Part shown: piece by piece, positions 1 through 14,429 of the stretch | How the letters are laid out: every line of letters begins with the position of its first letter | Position numbering within the stretch: position 1 is the first letter of the stretch | NCBI RefSeq assembly: GCF_048593235.1 | Contig: NC_133617.1 | Location: forward strand, 646,702,958-646,766,957 | DNA length: 64,000 bases | Direction of reading: 5' to 3' | Origin: Sminthopsis crassicaudata | Taxonomy: Eukaryota | Position numbers and translations under genes: made by a program | Notes under the pieces: generated by a model | Told to the model about the DNA's origin: nothing | Database searches by the model: none | What the model saw: only the letters and a program-made list of their open reading frames with translations

Positions 1-754
1 TTCAAAGCCTTTTTATTAATATGAAAAATTAAAATTAAGTGAAGAATAGTGAATGCCACCAAGAGATAAAGCATAGGCAACCAATTACATAAGCAATTCT
101 TTCACTTGCAGCAGATGTACAACCAAGAACCTCAAAAAAAGAAATACAAGATCATAAACTGTTTGGAAATGCTTCTCCAACTAGCCTGAATGATAATGGT
201 TAACTGCTCTCCCCCTCATTCTAAGCTTACTTACATCTTTTGTTTTGTTTTTTAAACTGGTTTTCCTGGGCCACTGCAAAGACTTAGCAAATAGTAAGTA
301 GTCTATGCTTTAATAGTTTCAGAGATGTCCCATTAACTTAAAAGCAAAAATAATATATAGGGTGTCCCAAAAGTCTTAGTGCAGTTTTATATTTTAATAG
401 CTTTAAATGGTATTAAAACTTTCTTATTACTTATTCAGTTCCAATCAACTCTCCTGAGTTCTTCTCACCCTTCTTAACTCTCCCACCTTACTTACCATTA
501 GTAAAGCAATAACCACACTTAAGAAAATCCCAATCTTTTGTTTCTTGAAAAGTTACCCTCAACTTTCATATCCAATAGGTTTTTTTTAATTTTGAACTTT
601 GCAGAGGCAACAATTAAAGCACTCTCTGAGCCTCTGAAATGTCTAATGATGCAAAGCTTTCAGTTCAGCTCTATGGGCTCACTTGTTCCTATCTGTGCAC
701 TGAAGTCTAGATTGAATCAAAGAGAAAAAATGGCATAAATGTGGTAATAAGGAG

Positions 755-817
755 ATATATTTATATATACATACATATACATATACACATGTATATGTAT
801 ATGTATGTATATATATA
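755..817. repeat. (TA)/(CA)/(TATG) compound microsatellite
   Basis: Read directly; lies 14 nt into the intron after the 831 donor. Confidence 0.85.
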
Positions 818-830
818 AATAATATCTTAC

Positions 831-936
831 CAAATTAAATGCTCCTATTCCAAGCTTCACTCCCCCTTCAAATTGAAAATAGGTTTCTTTCTGTTTTTTG
901 TTGCCCTGAGTCATCTGCAGAACAGAATAACATTCC
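831..936 (-). CDS. TTC39B: TTC39B coding exon (106 nt), (K)ECYSVLQMTQGNKKQKETYFQFEGGVKLGIGAFNL
   Basis: Minus strand tcaatccag|GGAATG...AATTTG|gtaagat. FEGGVKLGxGAFNL is the recognisable TTC39A/B motif. Phase 2 in, phase 0 out, matching the 3223-3159 exon. Confidence 0.93.
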
Positions 937-1719
937 CTGGATTGAAGAAAAGAAATAAATATTTCATTTATGTGACACTTTTAAACAAACTTAATTTTAA
1001 ATAAATTTCGCATTTGTATACAATATAACAAAATCTACCCTCTAAAATATTAGGGGAAATTTCAAACTGCTGAATTTATACTAAAGCTTAACCAACTATT
1101 GCTAAACTATAATCATCAAAGAAGGGCAACATCTACTTTTTAAAATAATAGACACATATACATACCATCAGCTCAAGACAAGACTTTTTTATCAAGCACC
1201 CTTTATCAAGTAACATTTCAGCTGTAAATAGGTGAGCAGTATTATGAGAGCTCCATATATCAATCACCTAGGACTACCACTGTCACTAACAGGTAGTTTT
1301 ATGAAAGGTAGAAAGAGAAAGGTTTTTCATTTCTTCAGGTTGGCAAAACCACTCCACTGATCTGAAATCATATTCCTCTCAGAAATGGCCAAAAGACATT
1401 ATCAGTAAGTTCTGAATTTCAGTAGGTAAGTATTCTCATCCTTAAATGTGACTCAATCAAGTTATTCTGTTTTCATTTGATTTGCCTTACAGAAATTGTA
1501 AATGAGAGAAAAGTGGTTATTTCCACAATTGTTTTTCATCTATAATCTCATTTTGATCTTTTCCACAAGACATTATCTCCCTAACTTTTCCTTTCAATTT
1601 TTAAATATTTTCTTATTTTTCCCCTACAAACTTCAAAAGGAAAAAAGACACCTTTAAAAGTGAGATTTTGCAAGGTCCTTACTATCTGAAATTAAAAGGA
1701 TGAGGGAGAGGAAGGATAT

Positions 1720-2005
1720 GGACTCTATCACTAGCTTCCTTCAAAGATTCAGGTGTCACCTCCAACATAAGACTTTTTCTGATCCTTCCTCCCTCCACTC
1801 TATCAATTATTAGTCTCTTTGTTTTGCAATTACTTTACTATTTTTATTGTTTTTTACTTTTGTCTTATGTATATATTGTCTTCCTATCCACCCTCCAACC
1901 CCAAGAGAATGGTAAATGCTTTAAAGACAAATACTGTTTCATTTTTGATTTTTGCATATTAAGCACCTCACGATATGTCTTGAACACAAAATGTTTGTTG
2001 AACTG
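1720..2005 (+). mobile_element. L2 3' end
   Basis: Ends ...aaatgtttgttgaactgaa with upstream tgtttcatttttgatttttgcatatt, typical of L2 3' ends. Confidence 0.55.
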
Positions 2006-3158
2006 AAATATCATGAGCAATTTCTGAGAAGATCTAAAGAGGATGTAGTGATATCTGAGTTGTTGGATGACAGTCATCAGCTAACTCTAGATTAATGTAC
2101 TAATACATATACAAAGTAATGCTGACAAACTATCAGCAAGAAATGTACTTTGAATTATTATCCCAGTGCTATGCTTTTCCTCCAGTTTGGTGACACTTTT
2201 ACATGGTGCTCTTTGTGGACCATCACGTCTAGGCAACCAGTCAAAACTGGAAGTATAAACTATGCTACAAAATGAAGCAAAGAAAACTGGTCCTTGTCTA
2301 CAATGAGTCTAAGATGATGACTGCATTAGCACTGACCTTCAAGAAGTTTAGCTTAAGAGCAGTAAGAACCAACCTGGAGACTGATACAATACAATCATTA
2401 CTACCAGGACAATTACAGGTAATTAATATACAAGTCTTATGAGCAGTACTACCATGTCATATATGAACATGGATAAATATGACTAACCTACATTATCCTT
2501 CAGCCCAAATATGATTTCATAAGGTTCTTAACACTTTTATAATTAAATAAATAATAGCAGTTATCCATCAATAATAATGCTGTCAATGTTGCTAATATAA
2601 ATTGCTTAATTTTTAGACTGCCCTACAATTACACTAATATAATGTCCTTCTGCATAATGTTGACATATTGGCTCAGAACTATCAGAGGCAATTAGATCAA
2701 TCTTGAATTCCCAAATATCACGCAAGATGCATTATTACTTCAATACTTTTCAAGGATTCCAAAATGAGTATTCCCCCCACTGATACAGTTGTAATCCCTC
2801 TACAACATTTTAGGTGGCCAGAAAAAGTTACATGGCCAAAAAAAGCGTCATCCTAAGCCTACCTAATGATAATTCTTTATGACCTTACTTTCCCAGACCG
2901 ATCATCAAATAGACAGAAAACATTCAGATGGCTGTTGAACTAGTACTCAAAGCTTTTCCAGTTACAACCAATGCTTTTGTACACTAGCCCATATATCAAA
3001 AACTCAGCACTATCTTAATATCTCAAGGCTTTTATGGAAGAAAAATTAATTTTTGAATGAAAATTTGAATATACAAAGATTATAAGAGCTATAGGGACTA
3101 AATTTTTAATAGCCCAAATCACACCAGCTTATTCAAAATATTTTAATTAATAACTTAC

Positions 3159-3223
3159 TTATATATTTGGTAACTTGTTCTAATTTTGAGTCCACCTTTG
3201 ATGAAGTTGATCATATTTTCATC
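3159..3223 (-). CDS. TTC39B: TTC39B coding exon (65 nt), DENMINFIKGGLKIRTSYQIY(K)
   Basis: ctttcag|GATGAA...TATAA|gtaagt. The peptide matches human TTC39B as I recall it, and phases fit both neighbours. Confidence 0.95.
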
Positions 3224-4984
3224 CTGAAAGCCATTTAATGAATAATTAGGTAATTATCCTACACACAGATACACATACACACAATCCTTATACTGTACTC
3301 ACTACTGTACCTAGCACAACAAAATTTTAACTTTGGAGACAAAGTTTTTCAAGAAAGCATCTTTTCCATGTACCTTTTGAAAGTTTCTTTACTATTTTTC
3401 CCTAAACTAGAAAAGAAATGAGGAATGAATTTTACAAGTCCATTTCAACATTAATTACTCACAAATTATAAAATGGTTATCTCTATAAGTCAGGGTTTAT
3501 GAATCTTTTTAGACAGAGTATGAATTTAAAATTGATCCCAATTGGACAAAAATTTCTATGTTCCCAATAGTCCTTTAAGTATATTTTAACATATAATTGC
3601 TCAAAGGAAGTTCATTACCAATAGATGGTGCTATAGGAGATTTTTCACAGTGGTATATACTCAGAAATGTCGGAATTGAAAGAAACCTTCTAGATCAACT
3701 AGTACACCTCATTCATAAACAAAAGTAGGCTAGAGCCAATTAATACTGCATGTGAGAGCCGACTTAAATTTTCAGTGTGATTATATCTCAGGGATCAGCA
3801 AGCTACAAATCAAAGCTTGATTTATTATTTTCTTGATTTTAGGAAGTAATGAAGAAATATTAATAATGCAAATTAAACTTAAAAAGTGTGTGGGGCATGT
3901 TTTATTTTCTTGAAGAGACAGTTATTAAACATCTACCAGCACACCATTGTCCATAAAAAAGTATTCAATAGAATTAAAATTCAAGTCTTCTGACTCTTTA
4001 TGTTTTCATTATAATTTTCTAAAACCCATAATTTTTTATAATAATATTAGGAAAACTCCAGCATTTAATTTCTTTTTTGTTCTTGTAAAGGTAAAAGCAT
4101 CCAACTTAATTCTACCATCTTTATTTAAATGAGTAACATTTCAAACTACAGTACCAATAATCTGTTATTTTCTGCACAATAATCATAAACAAAAGTATTA
4201 TTGTGCATTTAAAAGTCTGAGAGCTTCAACTAAACAAATATAATTTTTGGCCAGGAAAGAATTTTCTAATTTATACAAGAATTTCTTTCAAGTAATACTC
4301 ACATTTCACATTACAATTTAGCTTATGAGTCACTAAATAGGTATCAAGAACTAGTTATAAAAATCTGAACTTCCAATTTTGAAAATATATTAAGAACAAT
4401 TTTTAAGATTCTATGGTAAATGCCATGCCAGCATTGTTCATTCAATAACACCAAGTCCCACTCCCTCACCCTTCCATCCCCATTATTTTCAACAACCTGA
4501 TAATATACTACTACCAAAGCTCAGAGATTTCCTACAAGATGCTATAGAGACCCGGTCATTTAGATCACCAAGTTTTGAAGAACATTTTCATCAAACACAG
4601 AGAAGCAACTAATATGTTAGAAAAAATTTTAAGTTTTAAGCGTGGATTTTAAATAGTATAATGCCCTGTTTAAGGATCCTGGTCTAAGATTCCTTTTCTT
4701 TACATTTAGAAAATTTGTTATATGTCCAATTTACTTCCATCTCCTTCCTATATCTCTTCTCATCTGTCTCATTTCATCATACCTGCCACAATTCTGCAAA
4801 GTATCAAAGATGTGGTTTTTAAAAGAACAGGAAAGTGGACTTCCAGGAGTACTGCAAACTACTACTCCTATAGCAGAAATAAGAATGCACCAGAATAGAG
4901 ATCCTTTTTCCAGATCAAGGGCAACACCATGAGTCGAATTGTATTCAAATCATCTCCCCAAAGGAAAGGCAACTAGTCAGTGTG

Positions 4985-5100
4985 AATAATGAGCCCACAG
5001 GAAAATCAGGAAAACCTGAGTTCAAGTTCTACCTCTGACACAAGCTGGCTGTGTAACTCTGAGCAAGTGACAGGTTTCAGTACCCTCAAGCAAACTACCA
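4985..5100 (+). mobile_element. MIR-family CORE-SINE fragment
   Basis: tcaggaaaacctgagttcaagttctacctctgacac..gctggctgtgtaactctgagcaagt core motif. Confidence 0.6.
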
Positions 5101-5919
5101 GTATTTTATATTTTTGTATTTGTATTGGCAAAAGGAGCTTTTTTTTTTTACAGAGTCCAATACAACTAAATTACATTCTCTCAAAAGAGGAATAAAACAG
5201 GTATGAAGAAATGAAAATATGTAAACATGAAAATAAACATCAAAAATGCAGAAATTAGAACTAGCAGTTTAGGCAAATGAAATTTAAAGGAGCATGAGTG
5301 AGGCAAATTCAAATGGTGCTAGATCTAAACAATTATTTATTTCTAATCTTCTCTTAAAATAAATTGAGAAGAAAACATTTAAAAGTCTCCATGATGTGGG
5401 TAACTTGCTAATTAGCCAATCTAAAAAAGGTTTCTAATCAATACTTTGAGCTTAAAATAATAATGACTAATTCCCATTCCACTCAAAAAGGATCTCCAAG
5501 AACTTCTAAAAAACTAGGACTGCTCACATCTAATTATCACATTCATTCTCCATCAGACTAAGGAAGACTTAACCAGCTTCACATAGTTATGAAAATGAAA
5601 AAAAGAAGAGTTTAATAATAGCCAGAATAACTACTCCACTATTTTCATGCATGAAAAGAATCTACAAATTGGAGTAGTTATAGGCTTTTCATGTAAAAGG
5701 GAGTAATTAATACCAGAAAGAGTTTAAAATCAGACTAAAGACAAGGGATGTGAATAATAAAACTAATTCTGGGTATTTGGTGGTAGAAAAGGTTAGGAGA
5801 AGTGGTAATCCAACAAAAATGAGAATACCACTAGTTCTATCAAAGGCTTCACATTTCCCATTAAAATAATCAAATGGCCATAAAGAATGTTCATTCAAAC
5901 AGCTATTATTATAGTTCTA

Positions 5920-6108
<189 letters not shown>

Positions 6109-7924
6109 TCATAAGATGTTCAAAAGATATATTACTGTAGATAGTAATATAGGATCCCAAATAAGCCTCTGATAACCTTGAGAAGCAGCACTGCCTAAAA
6201 AGACTAAAGTTTAAACATTACATGTGTAACCTGGAAACTAAGAGACTATGGGCAAGTCATTTAATTTCTCTAAAGATAGGTTTCCTCATCTGTCTACAAT
6301 GAGGAGACTAGGCCAACAAAGACTCAGTCTTTAGAGAATAGGAAATTTGTTCTGTCTCCTAAATAAACCCACATGGAGGATCAGTGAACCTGCTTTCAAG
6401 AATGGGGGGGGTCCTCTTTCTCCGCTCCCCCCCCAAATCTCCTCCTCAGCCTCCCTTAAAAAACACTCTCCCATATCTTCAGCATGGTAACAAAAAGCCT
6501 TGAAACTGATTAATGGGCTGAACGTATAGTTTGTGAAGAAGATTCCTCTCTCTCTCTCTCTCAAGGAAAAAGTAAAAAAAATTGACAAGAGTTTGAGGAA
6601 GAAGGTAAAATTCAGCAGCAGCCAGTGTCCCTGAATATATTTCTATTTCTTTAGTCTCTTATGTTTATTCTTTCCTGATTCCAGGTAAGAGAGCAGACCA
6701 TACCACAACTCTGGGAGCTTTTGACAGCAGAGACACCAGAGAATAGTTGACAGGAGTTCATTGCAGTTTGGCAGGATTTTCCTTTGCATCTTTGATGTAA
6801 AATTTCAAAGTAAAAAAAATTGTAATATCTTCAATAAAGTTTCTTCTTGCTGAGCTATCAAGGCAGGCTCTTATAATTTATTTATCCATTCTTCTTTTTG
6901 GCCCACTACTCTCTGATTTAAATACTCTATATTCACTACCACACTTTAATCCTTTCTATATCCCTCATCCCATCCCTTTTTTCTCTCCTTTCTTCCATTG
7001 TATCCCACACTTATTCACTTATTATCAAAGTTTGATCATTCCTAAAATCTTAGTCCTCCCTCCTTTCTTGATATGGATCTCTTTTTTGTCAAATAATTTA
7101 TCAATCATAAAAGTCCTAGGTTCATAAAAGAAAATTAACATATCTGTTTCTTGATTAAGGCTCTGAAAAATGAAAAAAAATTTACCTTCCTTCCTCATTT
7201 AAGTACTATAGTGACATGCCATTATTTAAACTATTAAAAAAAATTTAATGCTTTAACTAAAAATAATCAGAAATCATGACTATGACAGCCAAAATATAAG
7301 AATTCTTTATATTAAATGTCTAATTCTAACATCTCCTTAAAACCAGTTCAAGGCAATATGCCAACTAGTTAAAGTAGAATTGGAAACTTTTATCAAATGT
7401 AGAAATGATGAGTGGGTGTATGACATGTTAAGCCCATGGAAACTTTAATTAAATGTATGCTCTGCTGCAAACTACCAGCCATTCAAGAATGTGAATGAAA
7501 ATTACCAAGTAGAAAAATAAATCACATACAAATGCTACATTGTTTTGATTCACCCTGTTGGAAAAAAGAAAGACTGTTTGGGTTGTAATGGCAGACAAAC
7601 ATATAAACTGGAAATAAAATGAAACAATTACTAAGAAGATTGGACTATCTTCGATTTGTTTTTACTGTTTGTACTTCTTTACTGTGCACACCAAGATAAA
7701 GAGTTCAAATCCTTTTACTTGTTCCAAAGGCAGAAATCAGGCAGGGATCTGCAGCTGCCAGATGCTAGACCCAGGTGCCTCAAGAGACAAGGCCACCTAA
7801 ATGACTTGCCCAACATCATACAGAGCAGACTCAAAAAGCCTTCTATCCAGCATCCTAGCCATCACATAGCAGACCACTTTTTGTAAACAAATGACACATC
7901 AATAATTCATTTATGTAGCTCTTT

Positions 7925-8075
7925 AAAAGGTGTACACAGTGCTCTCCTCACAATGCTAGATGGTAAAAATAATATCATTTTATACATAAGGAAACTGAGG
8001 TAGTGAGAAGGTGAGTGACTAAGTTATGCAGTAAATGCTAAACCCAAAAATCAAAGCCAGACCTCCTGACTTTAA
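7925..8075 (-). mobile_element. MIR fragment
   Basis: cattttatacataaggaaactgagg...agtgact...gccagacctcctgactttaag antisense core. Confidence 0.6.
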
Positions 8076-8284
8076 GACTAGGACGCTACATGGTAACAAA
8101 TCCTAACAAGCTAAACTCCAGTGCTCACTGAGTAGGGAACAAATAATAAAAATGTTCATTACAAATAGTTCTCAGTAGGTGAGTACTTATTGATCAATTT
8201 GTTTTTGTTTGGTAAAATAATATATCTCAAGGATAACACAAGATATACAACCAACCTTCATCTACGTTCTCATGCCCACAATCT

Positions 8285-8460
8285 CTTTGCTGTGTGACCC
8301 CTGAACAAGTCATTTAACTTGTATGCCTCTATGTCCAAAAATATAAAGCAGGATAATGACAGAATACCAGGCAAGATTGTTGTGAGGCTCAAACAAGATT
8401 ATATTTGTAAAGCATTCAGCAGCATCTAGTATGCACTTAGGTGGTTAACAAGTACTTATT
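8285..8460 (+). mobile_element. MIR fragment
   Basis: gctgtgtgacccctgaacaagtcatttaac...gattgttgtgaggctcaaa...atttgtaaagca. Confidence 0.6.
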
Positions 8461-8769
8461 CCTTCTTTCCTTCCTACTATTACCCCCCAAACTACTCATG
8501 GTTTCTCAATATACCTAAGGTAAAAGAATTTGAGTCATTCTATACTACAGGAAGACTATATCTGGAGGACAAATTTCTAATAAAAAGGAGAGAGCAAGAT
8601 GGAATAAAGAAAAAAAAATTTACATTTATCTTGGACCTAATGCCCATTTTCCTACAATTATAATAATGGCAACCATGATGGCTGGAAAGCATGACATAAG
8701 AAATCATTTGAATAAATAAGGGATGTTTTATCTACAGAATGGAAAATTTGGAGATATAGAAATGGAAAA

Positions 8770-9062
8770 TAGAGATACACAATAACTTTCTCCAAGTATT
8801 TGAAGGATATGAAATAGAAGGGATTTGTTCCACTTGGCTTCATAAAGAAGAACTGAGAATAATGAAAGAAAGCTACAAAGAGATTTAGGCTTGAAATAAG
8901 AAAAAAAAATTCCCAAACAATCTGAGTTGTACAAAGATGATATGGACTGCCTAAGGAAATACTCCCCCCATCATTGGAGTTCAAATAAAGGGTGAATAAG
9001 GGGATTTCTGTCCTAGATTCAATTTTGACAAGATAGTTACTAAGTCTTCTGAAATTCTGCTT
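8770..9062 (+). mobile_element. L3/CR1 3' end
   Basis: tctccaagtatttgaagg...gatttaggcttga...ttcccaaacaat..gagttgt.caaagat..atggactgcct..gg.....ccccatcattggag follows the L3 3' pattern. Confidence 0.65.
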
Positions 9063-9441
9063 TAAAATTATTCCTTGTGAATCTGATGGCTGAGAATGAT
9101 TAAGTTCCTAGTGGGAGTAGCATACAAAGCTATTCTTATTTAAAAAAAAATCCTGGTTACTGGTCCTCAATGTATCTATCAGACAACTGGATTCTCAAGC
9201 TAGGTGAAAATAGCACAACTTTCCCTTTATGACAAGTCCTTTGTTCAAAAAGTATATATGTTATTGCTCATTTTCCATTTTTAAAAGCTGTAGAAAACAA
9301 GATGTCAGAGTAAGAAGAGTACTTGCTCTGAGCAAAAAGATATGTGTTCAAGTCCTACTGTTGATGCTTATTACCTGTGTGATTTTGAACAAATCACTTA
9401 ATTTCTCTGGCTCATTCTCTGACTGTATCATCTCAGTAACT

Positions 9442-9490
9442 CCACCAGCAACACCATCACCACCACCATCACCACTACCACCACTACCAG
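9442..9490. repeat. Imperfect (CCA)n trinucleotide repeat
   Basis: ccaccagcaacaccatcaccaccaccatcaccactaccaccactacca. Confidence 0.85.
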
Positions 9491-9906
9491 TAAGTCATTA
9501 TTCTGAGCATACTGCTAGAAAAACTCATCTGCTCAAATGATTGAAATGTCTCCCAAACCTACCATGGTAGCACCACAAGCTAAGGCAACATTAGCTAAGA
9601 ATTGTGGAGTCTCTTGCCCATCATCACTTTTATCAATGTTATGTAAAAATACATAGGTTCTTGAAAATTCATAAAAGTATGCATTCCAATTATCACACCT
9701 ACCACCCAACATCAACACAGTTTTCAAAAAACCCTCAAGGTATTTGAGAGGGATAGTCTACTACAGTGTACTTAAAAATTAAGAAGACCTGGGTACAAAT
9801 CCTGCTTACTTACTACCTAGTGACCCTGAATAAATCACATAAAGGTAGAACTGATGATGCTTCAAGTACTTTCTATCATTTTAAATCTTACAACCCTCTG
9901 ACTCAC

Positions 9907-9983
9907 CTTCACTCAGCTGATCCATTGACGATTTGGAAACAAGACTTGACAGAGATTCTACCATTGTGTTTCTTTTTCTGAAT
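9907..9983 (-). CDS. TTC39B: TTC39B coding exon (77 nt), (K)FRKRNTMVESLSSLVSKSSMDQLSE(E)
   Basis: ttgatgtag|ATTCAG...GTGAAG|gtgagt. Similar to human YRKKYTVVESFSSLLSRGSLEQLSE (recalled); phases fit. Confidence 0.92.
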
Positions 9984-10871
9984 CTACATCAAACAAGTGG
10001 GGGAAAATAAAGAATAAAATTTAAAAATGAGAAATTCATTTCACTTTCATTTAGTATTCATCTCAGATGTAAAGCCTAGAAATACAAAATAGAATGCCTG
10101 CTAAAATACATAAAAGAATGATCAAGGTAAGACCCAACACCTTTTAGGCTGTTTCCCTCAATCCCACAAGCTAAGAACAAAATTTCTGTGGTAAATAAAA
10201 CAAGAACAGAAAAATCTCAGAAGCCTCAGAAGTTTGGAAAAAGTTAGATATTGGGAAATTCTCTGAATTTGGAGGGGACAACAGTGGGAGGGAAGAAAGA
10301 AAGCTTGAAACAGTGAGATCAAACTTCTTATGAATTTTGAAACTAAAAGAACAGTTCCTCCTGAGATATTCCTTCTGTTCTTATACATCAAAGCCAGAGG
10401 CATAAGTTTTAAATCCATCTAATTTTCAGCTATCAAAAAGGTTCAAAAATGTTCAAAATAAATTCTAAAATGCAAAACTCAATAAATGAATGTGTGAAAC
10501 ATAAGCCAAAAATACTGCATTATTGGTTAGGCTTAACTACATTTCTTGAATATTAAAATAACAGAAATGAGACTTATTTGCATAACCCAGTAAGTTATCA
10601 GAACTATGGATCAAAATAAAGACTCAAAGTAGAATTTAATCAATTATAGTTGCCCTTTAGCCTACCTGGAATTTTTTTTTAAATCTTAAGCCTGAAAATA
10701 CAGAGAATAAAGGAACACAGAAGCTGAAATCCACCTTTATTTTCCTATTTTCTAAAGTAAGCCATTACAAGGAAGAATATAATTCTCTGATTTTGCAGTT
10801 ATCATGTTTTGTCACACAAAATTTAAGGCTGGTATTCACTCTTCTCCCATAGTTAAATTACTCAGGCCTAC

Positions 10872-11003
10872 TTTTGACAGGTTTGTAAAGCTTCCTTCAT
10901 TGTGGAAATGCCATTTTGGATGTCCTGGTGCTCAAAGGTCATTGCTGCCTGCATTACTAAAATAGTGCTATAGCCCAGAGCATGATACATACTCTCTTTT
11001 GAC
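10872..11003 (-). CDS. TTC39B: TTC39B coding exon (132 nt), (W)SKESMYHALGYSTILVMQAAMTFEHQDIQNGISTMKEALQTCQ(K)
   Basis: tctttttcag|GTCAAAAG...TGTCAAAA|gtaggc. Conserved SMYHALGYSTI motif; phase 2 to phase 2. Confidence 0.95.
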
Positions 11004-11584
11004 CTGAAAAAGACATAAGAAAACATAAGAAATTTAAATTAGACTGATCCAAAACTTTTTAAAAACAATATGTAGTCTATATTGAGATTACACATAAAAT
11101 TATAAAGGTATTTATCTATTAACTTCTCATAACTGTAGTAATATTTAACACATCATCTAGATTACTGATTTGGTGAGTACTGAAGATTAGGTACATAACA
11201 TTCTAAAAACTCAGTTAAAAACTATTTTGCGGACTTTTATATTTAGACTTACAATAACTTGTCAAACTTCTGCTTCAATTTGTATAATCTAATTTTTCCT
11301 TCACCACAAGGGGGCAGATTTATTATGAACTCATTTTCCCCTACATCTTTACTTTTTCATCAACCAAAAATTAAGCAAACAGTTCATGGGATTTAATTCT
11401 TGAAAAATAATTCAGCACAAAACTCCCCTATGCTAAAAACATGATCATTTTTCACAGCAGGCACGGGCTCTTCTTCTCCTTCCTTCCCCCCCCCCCATCT
11501 GTCTGTCCTCCTCTCCCTCTTCCTTCTCTTTCTCTTTCTTCTTTTGTGTTTCCCTCATACCCCAAAAAAATAAAGACATAGGTA

Positions 11585-12080
11585 GGATCTATGTAAATAA
11601 AAATATTTATAGCAATACTTTTTTGTAGATAAGTACTGGCAACAAAATGGATGCCCATCAATTAGGAAAAGGCTAAAGAATTTGTGGTATATGAGTATAA
11701 TGTTCTTGTTACAAAGAAAGGGAAAGAGAAATAGATTTTTTTGTTCATTTAAAAAAAATTTAAATAAAAAATATATGTTAATGTAATGGTATACAATAAA
11801 TTTTTTTTTAAAAAGAAATGGAGAAAGAAATCTAAGAAATCAAAGAAATCTAAGGATTATATGACCAGATAAGACGTAAGCCAACTCTTGGTTGCAATTA
11901 ACAATTCTAATCAATATAATAATGAATTACAAATTCAGAAAATGATGAACCATTTTTTCTACTTCTTGAGAGATGAAGGATTTTAAATAAAGGATGAAAC
12001 ATTTGTTTCTTTGTTTATGGGAGATACACACACACACATATACATATCTACAATCTGATTTTTTTGTTCTTTGCTGATAT
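11585..12080 (+). mobile_element. Old L1 3' fragment
   Basis: Degenerate motifs aaaatatttatagca...ggatgcccatcaattaggaaa..gctaaag..ttgtggtatatga typical of the L1 ORF2 end. Confidence 0.6.
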
Positions 12081-13351
12081 ATAAATGCTGCATATATTCA
12101 AATCTGCAATGGTTAAGTACCTAGTCAATGCCCTCCTATAAGCTGAGTCATATGAACATTCCTATCCCTCCATAACCTAGATCAGGAGATTGTCCCCAAA
12201 ACCCCACAAATCTTAAAATCAGTCAGTGCAGATAAGGGCAACACCAATCCACAAGTATATCTAACATGAAGACAAAAGTAAAGAAAAGTTATGATAGAAA
12301 AGGTGAGTCAACCATGACCCAGAACATAAACTGAAATGGTCAGAGTAATCCTCGAAGTCTTTTAAATAACATGGCCATGACAAACCAGCAACTTATTTAT
12401 TTTGGTAAGAAAAAGGCTAGAGCTAAAAGACCGAATCGCAATGAAAGTCCTTGATGTGATGGGGCTGGCATCAATCAGGAAGCCTCCTTATCCCAGGGTT
12501 GGACCAATGGCCTGGCAGAAAAGGAAGGTGGCCTTAGAAGCTAGGAGGATTGGGAAAGGCAGTTACCCAGGGGGAAAGGAGAGGTATCGAAATAGAATAG
12601 CTGAAAGCTTCCCATTAAAACCTTTTATCAACTCTCAAAGAGACCCAGCCATTTAAAAGCTATCTGAGGTTAGCAAGTCACTCGACTTTATCCTCTTAGG
12701 GCATAGCTGCACATCCCTGGATTCTGTGTCTATTTCTTAGCTAGAAGCAAGTTTTGGAAACACTTTTCATTTTATCTTCCATTTGAATATTAATACCCAA
12801 ATCAAGCTTTTTGGGAAAACAAATCTAAAACACATCACTCCTTCCGGAATAGGAACAGCCAATCTGCTTCTTAAGTTTTATATGCAAAAAAGTAAAGATT
12901 GCTCATAGACATTGCTAGGACCAAAAAAGTAGCACTGAAAATAAGGCTTTACAGAACATTAACTGTGGCCCCAATACCTTAAACTTGTGACTTACAAAAC
13001 TATCTTTTAGCAGAAAGTTGTTTTATTAATTATGTTTTTCCAAATGACAATACTTTTTTTCAGTTAAAAAGCAAACATTCCCATTGTTTTTGTACCTCAA
13101 CAGCTAATCACACTTCCCAATACATATGGAAAATCTTTGTAGAAATATATATATCAAAGGATAGTAATTCACGCAAATAAAATGAATCAATAAGAAATTG
13201 AGCTATCAATTCAATGAATAGTAAGCATACAACTCCATCAAAAAAGCAAAAAAGTAGGAACATAAACAAGTAAAAGACAACAATGTTCTGAAAACTCTGC
13301 ATGACAACTATTTGCACTACCTATATTTATAAGGAACTAAGTTAAACTTAC

Positions 13352-13456
13352 CATGGACGAAGTAATTCCAAAGCTTCTGAGAATCTATTATTTAGAAATA
13401 AGTTTAATGCCATTGTACACTCCTCCAGGGAACACCTTAGATCCATCTTGTTTGCC
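13352..13456 (-). CDS. TTC39B: TTC39B coding exon (105 nt), ANKMDLRCSLEECTMALNLFLNNRFSEALELLRP(W)
   Basis: atctttag|GGCAAAC...CCATG|gtaagt. Similar to human STKVDLKSGLEECAVALNLFLSNKFTDALELLRPW (recalled). Confidence 0.94.
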
Positions 13457-14429
13457 CTAAAGATCATGAAACATAACATATGCATTTACTATTTGCATTA
13501 AATATGTCATGGTTTTTACTTACACTTTTGAACACAAAATCTGCACAAATTAGTCCCTTTCATCAATCACATACGACATGAAATTGGTTTTAGAAGAAAA
13601 AACCACCTGCAGAATTTTGATTTTGCATAGTGCTTTATAATAGATAAATATTTCAATAAACAGATGGGCAAACTAAGTAATTTGAAAAACAAAGCTGCTA
13701 TTGAGAATATGTTTCCAGTTTAATAATCAACACTAGAAAACATTTTAAATAGAACCTCTAAGTCAGAAGCTTATAAATTACACCAAACTATACATCTGAA
13801 AAACAAATAAAGTCAAATGCTGCTTAACTACCTCCACAATTCATAAGATTTAGAATTGAAAAGGATCTAAGAGCCCTTCCCCATTGAGGGGAAGATAAAG
13901 AGGGGGCATTCCTCTTGTGTAGCATGATGCAATGGTCAAAATAATTGCTTATTTTCAAATATAACTTCCATATAAATACACTTTTTTGACAATTAAAATA
14001 AAGTTGATATCCAAGTTAACAAAAGCATACTCAACACAGAAATTTCTCTCCAACTGGAAGTTAGTGCTACTTAAAGACTATTTAATACAGCCTGCACAAA
14101 GGAAGGAACATGCCATCGTAGTTTTAAGCTCATGACAGATTATTTAATCATGCTGCTCCCTCAATTTAAAAAAAAAAATAACCTTATAATACCTGAAATA
14201 ATACCTAAAAACAAATAACTTTTTCAGTAATTCTGTTTAATTTGTTTTAAATTTATCTCTAATTTTTATAAATGAAATAATATCTCATCACAACATAAAA
14301 TTGGAAGAAAAAAATCTAACTGAGCAGCTCAAAATACTACAAGCAAGGATAACAGAGTTCAAATAGTAGAAATCTAGAAAAACAAAGTAAAAAGACCAAA
14401 TTAAGATATAATTCACTTTAGGGGCAGGC

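Noticed and set aside
1-830. Search for the next TTC39B exon (MLSLLP..IIRLLEFIGFSG) below 831
   Set aside because: Not found. The gtaagtaag-like site near 488-496 has no matching coding sequence, so the exon must lie outside the window.
12402-12656. 84-aa plus-strand ORF in a relatively GC-rich patch
   Set aside because: TTG start, no recognisable domain in any frame, and no splice or poly(A) context.
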